From Orbicella franksi (lineage: Eukaryota), in NCBI GenBank assembly GCA_964199315.1, contig OZ116699.1, forward strand, positions 26,102,001 to 26,166,000: DNA of 64,000 nucleotides, written 5' to 3'. The notes below the pieces were generated by a model that searched no databases, was not told the DNA's origin, and saw only the letters and a program-made list of their open reading frames with translations. Position 1 is the stretch's first letter; every line of letters starts with the position of its first letter. Both the position numbers and the translations under genes were made by a program. Below are positions 35,401 through 48,274 of this stretch, one piece after another.

Positions 35401-38400
35401 ATCATGGGCATGGCCTGATGACGTCATCACTAGTGTTGCTGATCATGAAAAAGTTAAAACACATGAAATAACTCTGAAGTAACTAGAAATGACGAGGTTA
35501 TATGAGAATAAATTTTCCCTAGCAACGGCTCGAAAAGATCGGTTAATGGGCCCTTAAATAGACATAAAAAACAAGCGGGGTTGTAAGCTACAGCGTTCAC
35601 CTTTGTTCGTTCAGTCCAGGAGCCCATGGGCTCCTGTTCAGACTGAGTCACTTTTTTGCTATTTAAACAATATTTTAAACTCGATATACTTAAACCTGTT
35701 TTGTAGTGCCCATGAGCACTGCGTAGTTGGTCATGTGATCACAGTGGCACTCTGTGTGTCCCTCATTACTAGAAAACACATAGCAGCCTCGTTTGGACCA
35801 TTCCCCAAATGGAGTACGCGCACTCCTGCAAGAAATCAAAGGTACTATGCAAACCAACGTAATGGCACTAATAATTACTTACACAGCAGACGGCCTTATC
35901 GAGAAGAACGCTCAGCTCATTCGTTAGGCTGAGAGAATTGATAAAGTATCAGAAGGGGAAAAACTTAACAGTTACACATGAGGATTATGATTACCCGGTA
36001 GTAAAATAAATTGACTGAGGTAACGTCCTCGGAGGTCTAAGGCACGACTCACAGTCCTTGATTGAACAACTCATCCCCACCCCCTACTCTCTTACCCTCC
36101 CTGGTGGGATTGTAGTCCATCGCAGATAACCCCCTTTCTAAGGTTTCCCTCCGGTATTATTTTATTTACACTCCTGGGTGAAAAGAGGCATTATATGAGT
36201 GAGTAACTTTTCAGCAAAAATAACACAATGCAACGTCCCAGACCAGCGCTTGCACCCGGTCTGCTGGTTCCGGAGTCTAATGCACTAATCGTCTGCCCAG
36301 CTTGTCTCCCACCACGATTGAAATGAAACGGAATTACACTGAAATGGTACCGTGGTTCGAACCTTTGTGTATAGTCCCAGAAAACACACTGAGGAGTAGA
36401 GTAGTCATTCTAAATAGGAAAACAAATTTAACAAATTATTAACGTTAAAAACATCTTACACGAAAACACTATGGTTTTACTACATGTAACTGTGAACAAG
36501 AAATCTAAAATTCTACACTGCGCATGCCGAGTCATGTAGGCAACATAAGTGGGAACATAGTTAGTAGAAGGGAATGGTTATAAAGCCCAACAAACATCAA
36601 AGGAGCAAACAAAGATGCCAAGATTTATGTTGGAAGGTCCAGCGAGCGTTTTGCGTTCATACACTATGCATGAGTTACGTAACCAAAACGTTTCTATTGG
36701 TTAGTTCCTCGGCCAGTAGGAAACAACTATTGTGTTTTGTGCACGGTCAAGGACAAAAAAGAGAGCAAAAACATACAACAAAGAACTTTGCCGAGTTTCA
36801 TAACCATTCCCCTCTATTAACCATGGTGGGAATCATGAGTTGTTCATGTATGGAACTGAGAAAATATAAGCTAATATGCGGAGTGATCGTGTGGTTGCTA
36901 TACTCACTTTATTGTGTTTCATATCAATTTTAACTGGTCTGGACAATTGACTTGGTGGTGGTGGCTGTGTGAAGACATTAACAACCTTACTTGCCACTGT
37001 CTGGTTATCTTCAGAGCTATAACAGTTAATAAGAAGAAAATAAACTAGCAGGACAATCAATAATTTTCCGGATTGTTATCCCATAAAATCTATTTTACAG
37101 ACTTTACATTTTTAATTAGTGCGCGTGATTTCGTTCCTCGTGACTTAAAAGCGAACTTCGAATATTCTGATTCTTCACAAATGGTCAACAAATGTCAAAC
37201 TTGTCTATTTCACGTCTCCTAATTCTATTATGGGTATAACTGGGTTTCTTAGTCAGAAAATTCCGTAAATAAAAAACTTGGGAAATCTCAACATGTGACT
37301 CCAAATGATGGTGGAATCATATCTAGGCCAGGGCCATTGTCGTCTTCTTTTAATGTCATGGTTTTCCTCATTAGTGACCGCTAGTTTGTTTGCAACCAAT
37401 ATTGGCTGTAAGCAAAAAGTCTGGGAAAATATCTGATCGTATAATAAATATCGTTTAACAAAACTTACTTGTCAAATGTGTGGGGATCCTGCAGCACTTG
37501 GAATGGATCAAACACCAGACTAACCAACACGGCGGTATCTATGAATATAAAGACTTCAAGCTATCCCTTACAGCGTTTATTAATGGCAGCTGGTCAGTAA
37601 TAATTATTATAATGGTATTTAAACATAAGGAGAGAGGGAAACCGTTTTTCGCCCTTCGGCTCGAATACTAAAATAACAGTTGTCAGTCGCACAGTTCCTT
37701 TACAATAGACACTTTACATAAATGGCACCCATATTTGAATAACAATAGACCAATTTCGATATATTAAAATTCAGCCTAGAACAATAGACCTCAATACGAG
37801 GCTCCGGGGAATAACTGCAGAGTTTGTGGAGTTTATTCCCTGGAGCCTCGTGCTGAGGTCTATTGTTTTAGGCTAAATTTTAATATATCGCAATTGGTCT
37901 ATTCTTGATACATCCTTAGCCTCGTATTGATGTTTCCAGACAAAGGAATTTCACTCGAATATGAGGCATGATGTATTATTATTGCCATTCAAATATCGGC
38001 GCAAATATTTATACAAAGTGTCTATCGGGTAGCTGGGTTGCAATAGGTGCACCGCGTACACATGTGGAGACATTGTCACTGATAGCTTGCTTACCTTTGA
38101 TTGCATTGCCAATCACGTGACTAAATACTTCTCTTGGGAAAAAGACTGAGCTGTTATCTGCGTCAAGAATTCCTAACTGTATCCCTTGAAAGGTAGATAT
38201 GTTGACTAGCAGAATGCGTGACACTTGGAAGGAATGGAGAATGGCTTCATGTTAAATATAGATACAAATTCATTGCTGCAACAAAACGTAGCTTGCTAAA
38301 GAAGGTTCACATTCCAACCCTCAAAGTAACTAGAAACAATATTTTTTGTAACATACCAAGGCCCCCTGCATGAAATTTTAAATCGCCGGAATTCCTAACG

Positions 38401-41400
38401 TTTTTCTTTCTTATTGCTTCTCCAATCATTCCAGTGAACTTCTCCAAAGCATGGAGAACGTCCAACGGAGTTGATATCTGTTTAAGTGGAAAATATACTT
38501 AAATCAATATAAAATTAATGGTAATCACGTAAAATTGTTCTACTAAACGCATTACCATCATTTTGAATTATTTCAACTTACTAGACGAGATACGTTCGTA
38601 ATGCTGTCCAAAAAGTCTCCAAATTGCAGAAGGGATGCAGATTTTCTAAAATAATCCTGCAAAGTAAAAGAAAGTTTGCAATTATCGAAGTTGGAGACAA
38701 TAAAGTAACCTGAATATGGTGCATTGTGAGTAGGTAATGAAATATAACATTTCGTAAGTGACAAGTGTAAACCAGCAATGTAGTTTATTGCAAGTAGATT
38801 TAGGTTGGGTGTTGTCAATAGCCAGCATTGTAATCTAAGTAATGTACTGTAAATGTAGTGTAACATACGCAGTGTAAATAAAAAATAAAAATGAAGTAAC
38901 TGCAATGACCTACCAATAATGGCATGACTGTAGGAATAAAAATTAGCTTTAGAGCATCCGGCGATCATATCAGTGAACGACATTCTGTGCTTAGAAGTTT
39001 AACTATTTGTATTCTCTAGTCACAAGAGAACACAAACGTTCGTAAAGAAAACGAAATACATCCATTGATGAGTGCTAACCTCGAGAAATGTGCTGTTTTC
39101 GACGTCAATGTGTGTGTTGTTGAAGTTCAAGACAAATCTACGATCTGTGGAGAAAATATTAAACTTGCTAGGTCAAGTAAAACAACATAAAACCAATAGA
39201 AGATATTTCACCACACATGAAAGACCTACATTCATTTCATGGAGTAGGCACATTCTTAAACTAGTTCCAATGACAGTTAAAACAAAATTTAAAATAGCAA
39301 CTAAACACAAACGATGTCTTTCTGAACTTTAAGTAAAACTCTTACTCTTGGCATAATTTTTGACATATATCTAAAAAAAATACAAAATAACCAGCCGTCT
39401 TTACAACCGCTCTAGGATCAAGAGAGAAAAGAAACCATAAGTCGAAGTTTCTATTCGTTTATCATAAAAAGGTCAATGAGCTTTTTGCATACCCTCCAGC
39501 AGTTTCTTTATAAGGTCTTCTCTGTCCTGATTGGTTCTCGACGCCATAACCGTAACTTCGACTGTCGTAGAAGGTGCAATTGTAACAAGGTTTATTAGTT
39601 GTGATGTGTTCGGTACTCTTGCGATTGAGGCAACATCCAAAACTTGCGTTTTGTTTTTTTCTCTAAAAGACGTCATTAAATTTGACGAGTGTGAAACGCT
39701 GGAGACAAAAACTGTATGAGTCATTTCATTCATAACAGGCTGCGTGGTAATGAAGGAAACGTTAAACACAGAAGTCATGAGAGGTGGTCCGGTTAAAGAT
39801 GTATGCTGCGTTGATTGTTCTGAAGACATTCTAGTTTCACTTGCTGGTGAGGTTAGAGAAATAAAAGCTGATGAAGACGCAGAAACATAGTTTGCACCGC
39901 TAGGGATGCTTCCAGATTCCTTGACAGAGCTACGATAGATCTGGATTGAAGTTGCCGTTGTTTTGGTTGAACTGGATCTGGATCTGGATATCAAGGCTAC
40001 AAATACGAAATAACGATCAATAGAATAAGGTGTAATAACCAGGGTTCAGATTTTAAAAATAACAAGATACGGGAAAGGATTGATTCCAAGGGTTAGTATG
40101 GGAGATGGAGGCTCCGGGTCATGGGCTCCTGGAATAACCTATTTCAAAGTTCTGTATATGCTTATCAGTTTTATTCAAAACATCGCGTCCTTCGGCGATT
40201 TGCGTGCCGTTCGACTTCGAAACTTTATGAATGCCCCTTTCTAATGGCTAATTTCCTTACGTGACGCGCCTGCAGAGGATCGTGGTAGCTGTAGTCTTTA
40301 TAAAAAATGTTAATAATATTTGTACTCAGAATATGCATCGATATGCATTATTCGTTCATTTTCATTAATTTCAAAAGTAGTTAGATTATACCCTTCAAGA
40401 ATAAAAAGGAGACAACCCATATGTCTAATTCTGAAAAGTAGATGTTTTAGTCAAAAAATTGGTCGAGACCTCGAAACTTCGAACCTGAACTGGGATTACC
40501 CGGTCAGATCATGATGACTCCGAAATACGAATGCTTTGAACAAGAGTTTTTTTAACACGCATGATATTTTCTACAGTATCGTCAAGTCATTAAAACGCTT
40601 ACCGTAACATAGTGCCTCCGTAACCATGTCAGACACTGAAGAATTATAAAAGTCGTCGGAGTCAACAACATGAATTACATCGTGAAAGTCAGCAATATCT
40701 CTGATATTACTTGCTTTATCAAAAATGACAGCAATCTTTTTAACTCCTCCAAGCTTTCCATCAGGGACTTTAAACCCCTCTGGGTAGATTGAATTTACTT
40801 CCCTTTTCAACATCAAGAATGCCTCTGGTGTCCTCGTGAACGTAGTGTTGAACAGTTTTTCCAAATCGCTCCCGCTGGATACCGGTGTCAGACGCAACAG
40901 ACTAGAGACAGCATTGTGCAAAGGCACAAATTCGTGAAACTGACCAAACGTAATGTTTACGTGGACGTCTGTATTATAAAGTACGACAGCAACATCAGCT
41001 GCATTCCCCTCCAGATTCAACACAACCGTATTGATCAAAATTCGTTGATTTTCAAAGTCTATTTCGGAGATTGCCTGGGACGACTCGATTGCAAACACGA
41101 TCCTTGGAGTGTTTTGGCATTTTGTGTTTGTGACTGTGGAGAGGAATGATCATTGAGTTAAAAAATGAAATAAAGTAAACTTTACAATTTTGCGTATAAG
41201 AATGAGAGTATAAATAAAATTGAAGGGCTGCCAGTCTGGTGCAAACTTGTTATTCACGTTTTGCTAGTTTTTCTTAATCCTAATCTTAATCTTAATCTCC
41301 GAGTTAGCGATGGAAAACGATCTTTAAATTTAACCTGCCGTAAGGTTTCTATTTAATTTTTATTTTTTATTTTTTTATTTATTTCATTATTATTTTTTTT

Positions 41401-42383
41401 TTTTTTACTTTTCAGCCTACTTTTTGTTCTCACCTTTTCAAAACTTCCCGCTTTTGTGCTTAAATCTGTTAAATACCGGCAAAAAACCTCCTCCTTGTCC
41501 TTGAGCAATGTATGAATTAATCAATTTCGTATGCGGGTGTGTTTGTCTTTCACCTGTCTGTTTTACAATTTTTTAATGTCAATCACCCTGCATCGATTAA
41601 AGATAAAGCACTATACTAAGTGTGCCTTTCAATGTAAATTCGTCGTCATTTTTTCCTTCTCCGCCGACTGTTTGTCGTATATATACCTGAACGATGTTAA
41701 TAAATCTTCTGCTAACTACATATTGTTATAATATGAGGTTTTATTTTATTTTCGCGAGTTCGAGATAGCGGGAATAGTCCAAAAGTTCATCTTATGACAG
41801 ATTTCCTTGCAGCTGAATGAAGCTAACTACCCTGATGCAAAGAAATCTAACTGGTGAATCCCTTGTAACAATCCGTAGGTAAAGCCTGCATACGAGCCAA
41901 GTGGCCCATCAGACCGGAGCTTATCCTGGTTTCTGTAGCATGAAGCGACTAGGAGTATTTTTACTCCCCTCTGGATGGGATGTTAGTCCATCGCAGGGTT
42001 ACCCCCAGCATTAAATTCGCCGATACCCATTTATATACCTAGGTGGAGAGAGGCACTGTGAGAGTAAAGTGCCTTGCCCAAGAACACAACAGAATGTCCC
42101 CGGCCAGGGCTCGAACCCGGACCGCTCGATCCGGAGACGAGCGCACTAACCATGAGGCCATCACAATCCATATTTTTCCTTATTTTTCTCTTTCTGTATC
42201 ATTTACTCTATTAATTTACTCCACTGTGATTTCAACACACTTTGCACTGATAGCCATGAATGAGCTTGAAGAGCTTGAGCAAGAACCTCGAAACAAAACA
42301 GAGAACAAAATAGGTGACAACAAACCTGGACATGTAAAACAACCGATGAGCAAAATGAGTATTATCCAGTCCTTAAATGCCAT
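29480..42383 (-). CDS. Complete adhesion GPCR: signal peptide, VWA-like domain, S/T-rich stalk, GAIN/GPS, 7TM (20 coding exons)
   Basis: Phase-consistent exons in gene order: 42383-42326 ([19 protein letters not shown]), 41133-40603 ([19 protein letters not shown]-like), about 39996-39492 (S/T stalk), about 39147-39083, 38657-38581, 38478-38357, 38223-38095, about 37538-37468, about 37018-36907, 36409-about 36350 (CVFWD), 35825-35696 ([21 protein letters not shown]), 34233-34127 (TM1), 33718-33610 (IHLNL), 32795-32645 (WMFVEG), 32102-32036, 31815-31749 (CWLS..WGFVGP), 31231-31152, 30685-30559 ([17 protein letters not shown]), 30238-30197 ([14 protein letters not shown]), 29666-29480 (VRHEF..., TAG). 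Confidence 0.93.
29802..29883. repeat. Perfect 35-bp inverted repeat with a 12-nt loop
   Basis: ACAGAAGGTAAATGTAACTCGAGTTTCACGCACTA (29802-29836) is the exact reverse complement of 29849-29883. Confidence 0.95.
29890..30186 (+). mobile_element. Probable LINE 3' end
   Basis: UTR-like sequence ending in ATAAAGAAGTTGAAGTTGAAG, a short tandem tail of the kind seen on CR1/L2-type elements. Confidence 0.45.
33852..34011. mobile_element. Tc1/mariner (pogo-like) MITE
   Basis: TIRs CAGTAGAACCTCGATTTAACGAA / TTCGTTATATCGAGGTTCCACTG. Confidence 0.8.
34764..35553. mobile_element. Non-autonomous DNA transposon with TTAA TSD and GG..CC ends (Kolobok-like)
   Basis: TTAA|GGGCCCATTAACCGAT ... ATCGGTTAATGGGCCC|TTAA. 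TTAA targets with purine-purine termini fit Kolobok better than piggyBac. Confidence 0.75.
36010..36310 (-). mobile_element. Degenerate tRNA-derived SINE
   Basis: Patchy similarity to the SINEs at 41878-42160 and 53686-53987 (tagtccatcgcag, ctgggtg..gaggca, aacacaatg, gcacta). Confidence 0.6.
37744..37903. mobile_element. Palindromic (foldback) MITE
   Basis: AATAGACCAATTTCGATATATTAAAATT ... AATTTTAATATATCGCAATTGGTCTATT; near-perfect inverted arms over the whole length. Confidence 0.85.
41878..42160 (-). mobile_element. tRNA-derived SINE
   Basis: Reverse complement of the 53686-53987 family, with A/B-box head (GGTTAGTGCG, GGTTCGAGCCC) and TTTACC tail. Confidence 0.9.
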
Positions 42384-45300
42384 ATTGACAACTTTGTTTG
42401 ACCGTAACCAACTTGAAACCACATAAAAACTGCAGTAAAATCAATGTATCTTCAACAGCAACTGGCCGCATGGTTGGAGATAAAATTTCAAACCTTGCAT
42501 CACATAAGAAAAGTGGTTGTTTACACAGTATGAGAAACTTCATCTGTTCATAATTAAACCTTCAAGAAGCTTTCAAAGGGACATTGATGAGGTTTTAAGG
42601 GAAAAGACTCAGATGTCGGAAGTTTCTAAACCAACACTCGTTCTTTTCTGGATCTTGTATTTGTATTTCATGACAGCTTTTTATTTGCCATTTTAACACA
42701 AAAGCGGTGACTGTTGCGCCCTTGACGAAATCAAAACACAGCTTGAAATCAAGTTATTCAGACCCAATTGTAATTGAAAATTTTATTTTAATGGCAGTGA
42801 AAATCAGTTGGAAGTTCGAAAATTAAAAATGTATTATCAAAGCAAATGATAGTTGCATGCATTCGGCAGAGAAATGAAAATGAAGGGAGTCTTGGTGTTA
42901 AGTAAATGTTAGTTCACTCAGAAGAAACTTGCGGCAATGACTGAACATGAAAGAGCCTTTATTGAAAAAAGGGAACAAAACCTAATTGAGCTCTTGACGT
43001 AAAATGTCCTCTTTACTTTGCTTTGCGATTTCGAATTTTAATTTGTCATATCAGTTGCACACACATACTTTTGTTCAACGAAAAATAGATCGGAAAATTA
43101 AATGAAAATACGAAAATAATAAAACGGGATAATACATTGAAAAAATCAAATTAAAATCGTGGAAACTGTTATTATCAATTCATATGTTTAAGTTATCCTT
43201 AGATTCATAGACCCGATAAAATCTCCTCATGTATGCTTTTTGGAGACAGCTTAATCCGTATAGTTTATGGACAAGGGGGTGGCGACGTTTACGAAGCAAA
43301 AATGCTTCCAACCTCCAATGTTTTATTTAACATACATGAATTATGGACCAAGTGTGAGGTCAGGATGGCAAAATATCGGCTACAAGTGGAATAAAACATA
43401 CCAAAATCGCACAGAACCCTTACTCATTAATAAAGACATCAGCAAAATTAGCCAAATGGGTGGCCGAATGGTGACGAGTGAAATTGGGAAATAATTTCAC
43501 GGGCGTTTTGTCAAAATTGTAATAATTTCCCAACTCTTCAGGCGAGGGAAATTATTTGAATTTTGACAAAACGCCAGCGAAAATGTTTCTTAATTTCACG
43601 AATATACTATTTGATTACTTTTTAATATCATGGGTGGAAGGTGTCGCTTGCAATCCTGGGTTTTTGACTTGTTTATTGTATCGAGAAATTCTGCGCCAAC
43701 GTTGCCATGGCAATTTTGTAATTTCACATGTGACATAATGATTAACGCTGAAGTCTCGCGTCAAAATTAAGGAGCAATTTGTCACCCATGATATATGTAA
43801 TGAGGACAGCGGTCCTTCGTGACTTACTTAAACCTAAATCTCTATTCAAAAATTAAAGGGTATTCATATGCTGCTATACAGTACGATGAAAAGCAAGCTT
43901 AATCAGACACTCATTAAAAGAGAGCAAGTGCAAAACATTAACTTACCAAAAACAGGTCTTTTTGTAATTTGTTATGAGCGAATTCGTCGTGACGTCATTG
44001 TTGGCCTCATTAGCATATGATTTTGCGTGCAGAAGATATCATACCCTATGATCCATCAAGTATTTTCCCTCGCACACGACTGGTCTAAACTCGTCACGTC
44101 CCGAATTTTCAAATTTTGCATGTTGCAAAAAGTATTTCAAGGGTAACAAATATAAACACAATCTCCATTTGACTTTCAATATATGCTCGGATATTTTTCC
44201 TGTTCCTTGAAGCTCGCAGTTTTCCTCGAGTTTCGCTCTCGCAAAACTGTTCCTTTTTCGGAACAGATATTCTCCGAGGACAAATATCCGAACATGTGAT
44301 CATTTGAAAAGCAATGTTCAGTAAACGTTTTAGCTCTTACATGTTATATTGGAGAATATATTTGCTTCCAAAAGCTGTAAAATATCTGGGGAAAAAAACG
44401 CCAATAAGCCTACACATTCCTTGGAAAATTTTGAAATTTTTATCCCGGATCACATTGCATATTTATAACGTTATTTTTCCAAATTTCATTTCTTGATTTA
44501 TTTCCTATATGGATTTGCATTTCGTTGCGAAACACTATGTTTTGGATAAATCTAAACGTTTCCAACAACTCCAGCTTAAGAAAAGAGAAGGTAAACGAAA
44601 GGCAGTTTATTTTGTTACAAACAAAGATAGGAGGTTTTTTTAGTTTTTGTTAGATACATTTTTTTTAAAAAATTTACTTTTGTTTCTAACAAATAAATGC
44701 GGACGTCTGGCATCCACAGAAACAAAGAACCGTCAATGCCTGTTTCACTGGTTTTGATTAAATACTTGAAAAGCACAAAAAGTTCGTGCAACACGATTTG
44801 AATCACATGCGATAATTGTTGTCGGAACGATCACTGAGATCGCTGGAGAGTGGTCTCCACATGCATGATCGATAACGCAACGATAGCTGAACTTTACGAT
44901 CGTAATAATCATTTAGGAACCAGCCTATAGTAAAAGCCTTTTTCCTCGTAGAATTTAAGTTTTTTTTTCCTTTTTTGATTAAAAAAAATACAGTTATTTG
45001 ATCAGCATATAAACAACACGCTGTGACAGTGAAATATCCCGTGCGGCTCTCGCAGCGTGAACCAATCACATTCCTTCTTTTGCCAGTGAAGAACGTGCAG
45101 TAAGACAATTGGCGCTCAACTTGAATTTGTTATCCCAGTTGCTCATGAGAGGGAACAAAGGAGCTAGCGAATATTTCGATGCCTAAAACATATGAAAGTA
45201 GTGAGTCCACGTCGGTAGACCCAAGATTAAATAGTACCAAGGCTGTAGTTCTATACTGTTAGCTGACAAAGATGAGCCAGGTAAGGCAGTGCTTTAGTCT

Positions 45301-48274
45301 CAATTCAAAAGAACCAAATTTTCTGATTTTGAGAGAGTTGAAGTTATGTTTGAACCAGTGAATAATTTCAGTCCTAGCAACATATGTTCTTGGCAAACTG
45401 TAATTCTGTTAGTTTTCTTTGCTTTTTTCAATTCAGAGGAAGCCATTGAAGGAATTACGCCAAGCCACAACAAAACGGAGCCTATTTCAATCACTCGGCC
45501 TCGCGAATTATTCATGGTTGCGAGATGCGAACGTTTTCAATCTCCCGATACTCATGTCAGGTACATATGCGTTTGTCTGTAATTTGTTTGGTTTATTTTC
45601 ATCCGTAATTTTGCCGCATGCAATGTAGCGTACTTTCCCCAAGTTTTTACGTTGTACTTATGACAAATCTTGATAACATTTTACAGCATAAACTTTGAGC
45701 GCAAGGAAGGTGTGTCAGAATTTACGAATTAGAATGACGGATCTGAAATCAAAAGCCCCTGAACAAAACTTGCTTTTTCATTTCACTTCCATATCTTTTA
45801 TTTGAGACAAATGCTGTTCGACCAATCAAAATCGTGTGAATTTCGGCAAAAATTCCATATAACACAATATTAAATTGTGCATACATTTTTTCAAAGTTGT
45901 TCTGCCCGTATATCGGGAATACTTTGAAAGAAATTGTATATGTGATCAAGTAAAGGCTATGTGGAAATTTCAGTTCAGGGTAAAAATTGGCTCTTAGTTG
46001 TTCTTAAGCCTCGATTTTTTTTCTTTTTAGGTTAGTTCCCGCTGACGTCGTCCAGCATTCAGTCTATTGTTCTGAGGTAGAAGTCCATTCCAGTGGAACC
46101 ATTCCAATCGCCCAATATTTTCAGCATCGCCTTGGCAACGTCAGACATCAGTCTCTCTTCTGGTAGTGGTTAGTGCAGTTCTTTGTGGGCAGGGTAGGGT
46201 GGGTAAATAGGAGCTCTGGGTGAACCTTAAATTCGGCAAACGTTCAGCCGACATTCGGCTCACATTCGCTCATATTCGATTGATCCGGCGTAACTTATTT
46301 TAGGCAACTTAGTTAGCTTTGGGTGGTTTGGGTTCGGGCCTCCCCTTTCCTTCCTTGGGTTTCATGATTCGGCCTTCGTATAATGATTGGCTCATTCAGT
46401 AGTTCTGCAAAAAAAATAATGTTCGGCTTTTCTTCGGTACAGTTCGGCAGTTGTTTCGGCAACAGTTCGGCGTCCGCGCAATCTCCCGCTTAGTGTCTTC
46501 TAATTGTGAAAAAGAGTTTTCTCTTTTCTTAGTTTCTGTCAATGACAGTGCTATCACTGTTATTGTCAGGCACTTTTCCTTTTAATGACAGCATTGTCGT
46601 TGTTATTAATAGGGTCTTTTTTCGGCTCAAGGTTCATCCAGAAGTTTACAATAATTTTAATTCATTACAAAAATTAGCAAACTAGAGACCGACCGCTAAG
46701 TGGGTATCTGGGACAAAACATACACCTAGATAACTGGCTTACTTAAAGTTTAGCGTAGGTAGCCTCCATCTGCCGGATACTTGATCACCAAGATGGCACC
46801 ACTGCTGCACGGAGATCCTCATCTATCAAGAAGGTGTACAGACAGCTATAGCAAAGCCTGGAAGTTAGTTAAAACTTCCTGGGAGGCTTATCTCGCTCAC
46901 AGGCGACGTTAACAACCAGATTTGCACATGTCTCTTTGCTAACGTTGCCTCGTGAGACGAGTCTCTTCAAGGAATCCGCTTGCATTGCACTTAGCAGGCG
47001 CAGGAAGCTTAGACCGTCTACAAATCGTAGGCGTTGGTAGACTTCACAACCGGTGGAGCAACTGGAGCACGTATTGGAAGACTGGATCGAGTCAAGCTCA
47101 CTCGAAAACAATTGAGGAGACCTCTTAAGCACTAAAGCTTGGATAAAGAAGAGCCAATTTATCGCGGACTAGCAAGACAGTTTTGAGTAAATTAGTTAGG
47201 TAGACGCATTGCCGGCAAAACAACAGGAATCTGAACAACTGGAACAGCAAGACAACATCATCGCATCTGAATTGGTCCGAAACAAGATGGTGTAGGTAGC
47301 ATAGACGATAATCATATAACTCAGTATGTACCACACTGGTGAATATTGGTTCGATTTCGGACGCTAGAATTAATTGGTTGATCGATCGATAAACAAACCC
47401 ATTGGATTCTTTTAAGCCAATCTGGAATGATTTCACTAAATGACTACATGTTCACATTTTCCTTACTCGCTGACGTGGTACATGCTCAATTAACAATTAT
47501 TCACTCTGAGGTCGGTGTCTGAATAATTGTTAACATATATTTATGATGTTCTTTAGGTAATATTAAATCGTATTTATGAAATAATAGCATGAAGGTTGTT
47601 GTGGTTGTCCTCTTTGCCAAGCGCGCGAATGAATGCTGTAGGGCATTGGAATATAGCGCACCCTACTGGCCACAATGTTTGTTTCCATTCTGAGTCGACG
47701 GCTTTCAATTGCCCATTGCATAAACTGATAATTACCAAATTTGTTCTCGTACTTAACAGCAATGCGGAACAAGCAGTGTGGATTGTATTGTGGAGTGAGG
47801 TTGTATTCCAATGTCAGACAGCCTTGCCTCGCTTCGGCTCCGGCTCGGAGAACTTTTCGATTCGGATCCTTTCGGTCGATGATCGGTTGTCCGTGGCTTT
47901 CGGTCTCAACCGAGAATCTACGACAAGGGCCTGGCATCGCGGCGTTTTACTCGATAGCAGGCCAATACAAACCCCATATGGGTGTCCCAGCAACCCTGGG
48001 TGTTCCATAGTTTGTCGACAGTGGAACATTCATGGTTTACCTGGGCACGTTTAAAAAACATCAGGAGCGCACCCCCTCATGGATTACTGTAGGTCCTGTG
48101 GAATCATGCAAGCTGACGTAGCTAGAAGTATTGTAATTTGTAATAGTACAGACTGACTTTTGTGGTGACTTTTTTGAAGTAATATTTATAAACTGTTTGG
48201 TTTACAGTATTCTATAATTAAGTTGTGGTAGTATCAAGTTAGAAGGCTAATATTTTAATCTTATTCTCGTTCGA

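Noticed and set aside
42043-42426. Plus-strand ORF 42043-42426 and ORFs 53669-53950 / 53703-53930
   Set aside because: They are translations of the SINE body or antisense to the aGPCR first exon.
45346-45582. Signal-peptide-bearing first exon of an unknown gene
   Set aside because: There is a hydrophobic stretch and a possible donor near 45560, but no downstream exon could be joined to it.
46860-48054. Death-domain-like or other coding relics (ORFs 46869-47132, 47125-47436, 47563-48054)
   Set aside because: Overlapping short frames on both strands, multiple stops, and no recognisable motif.
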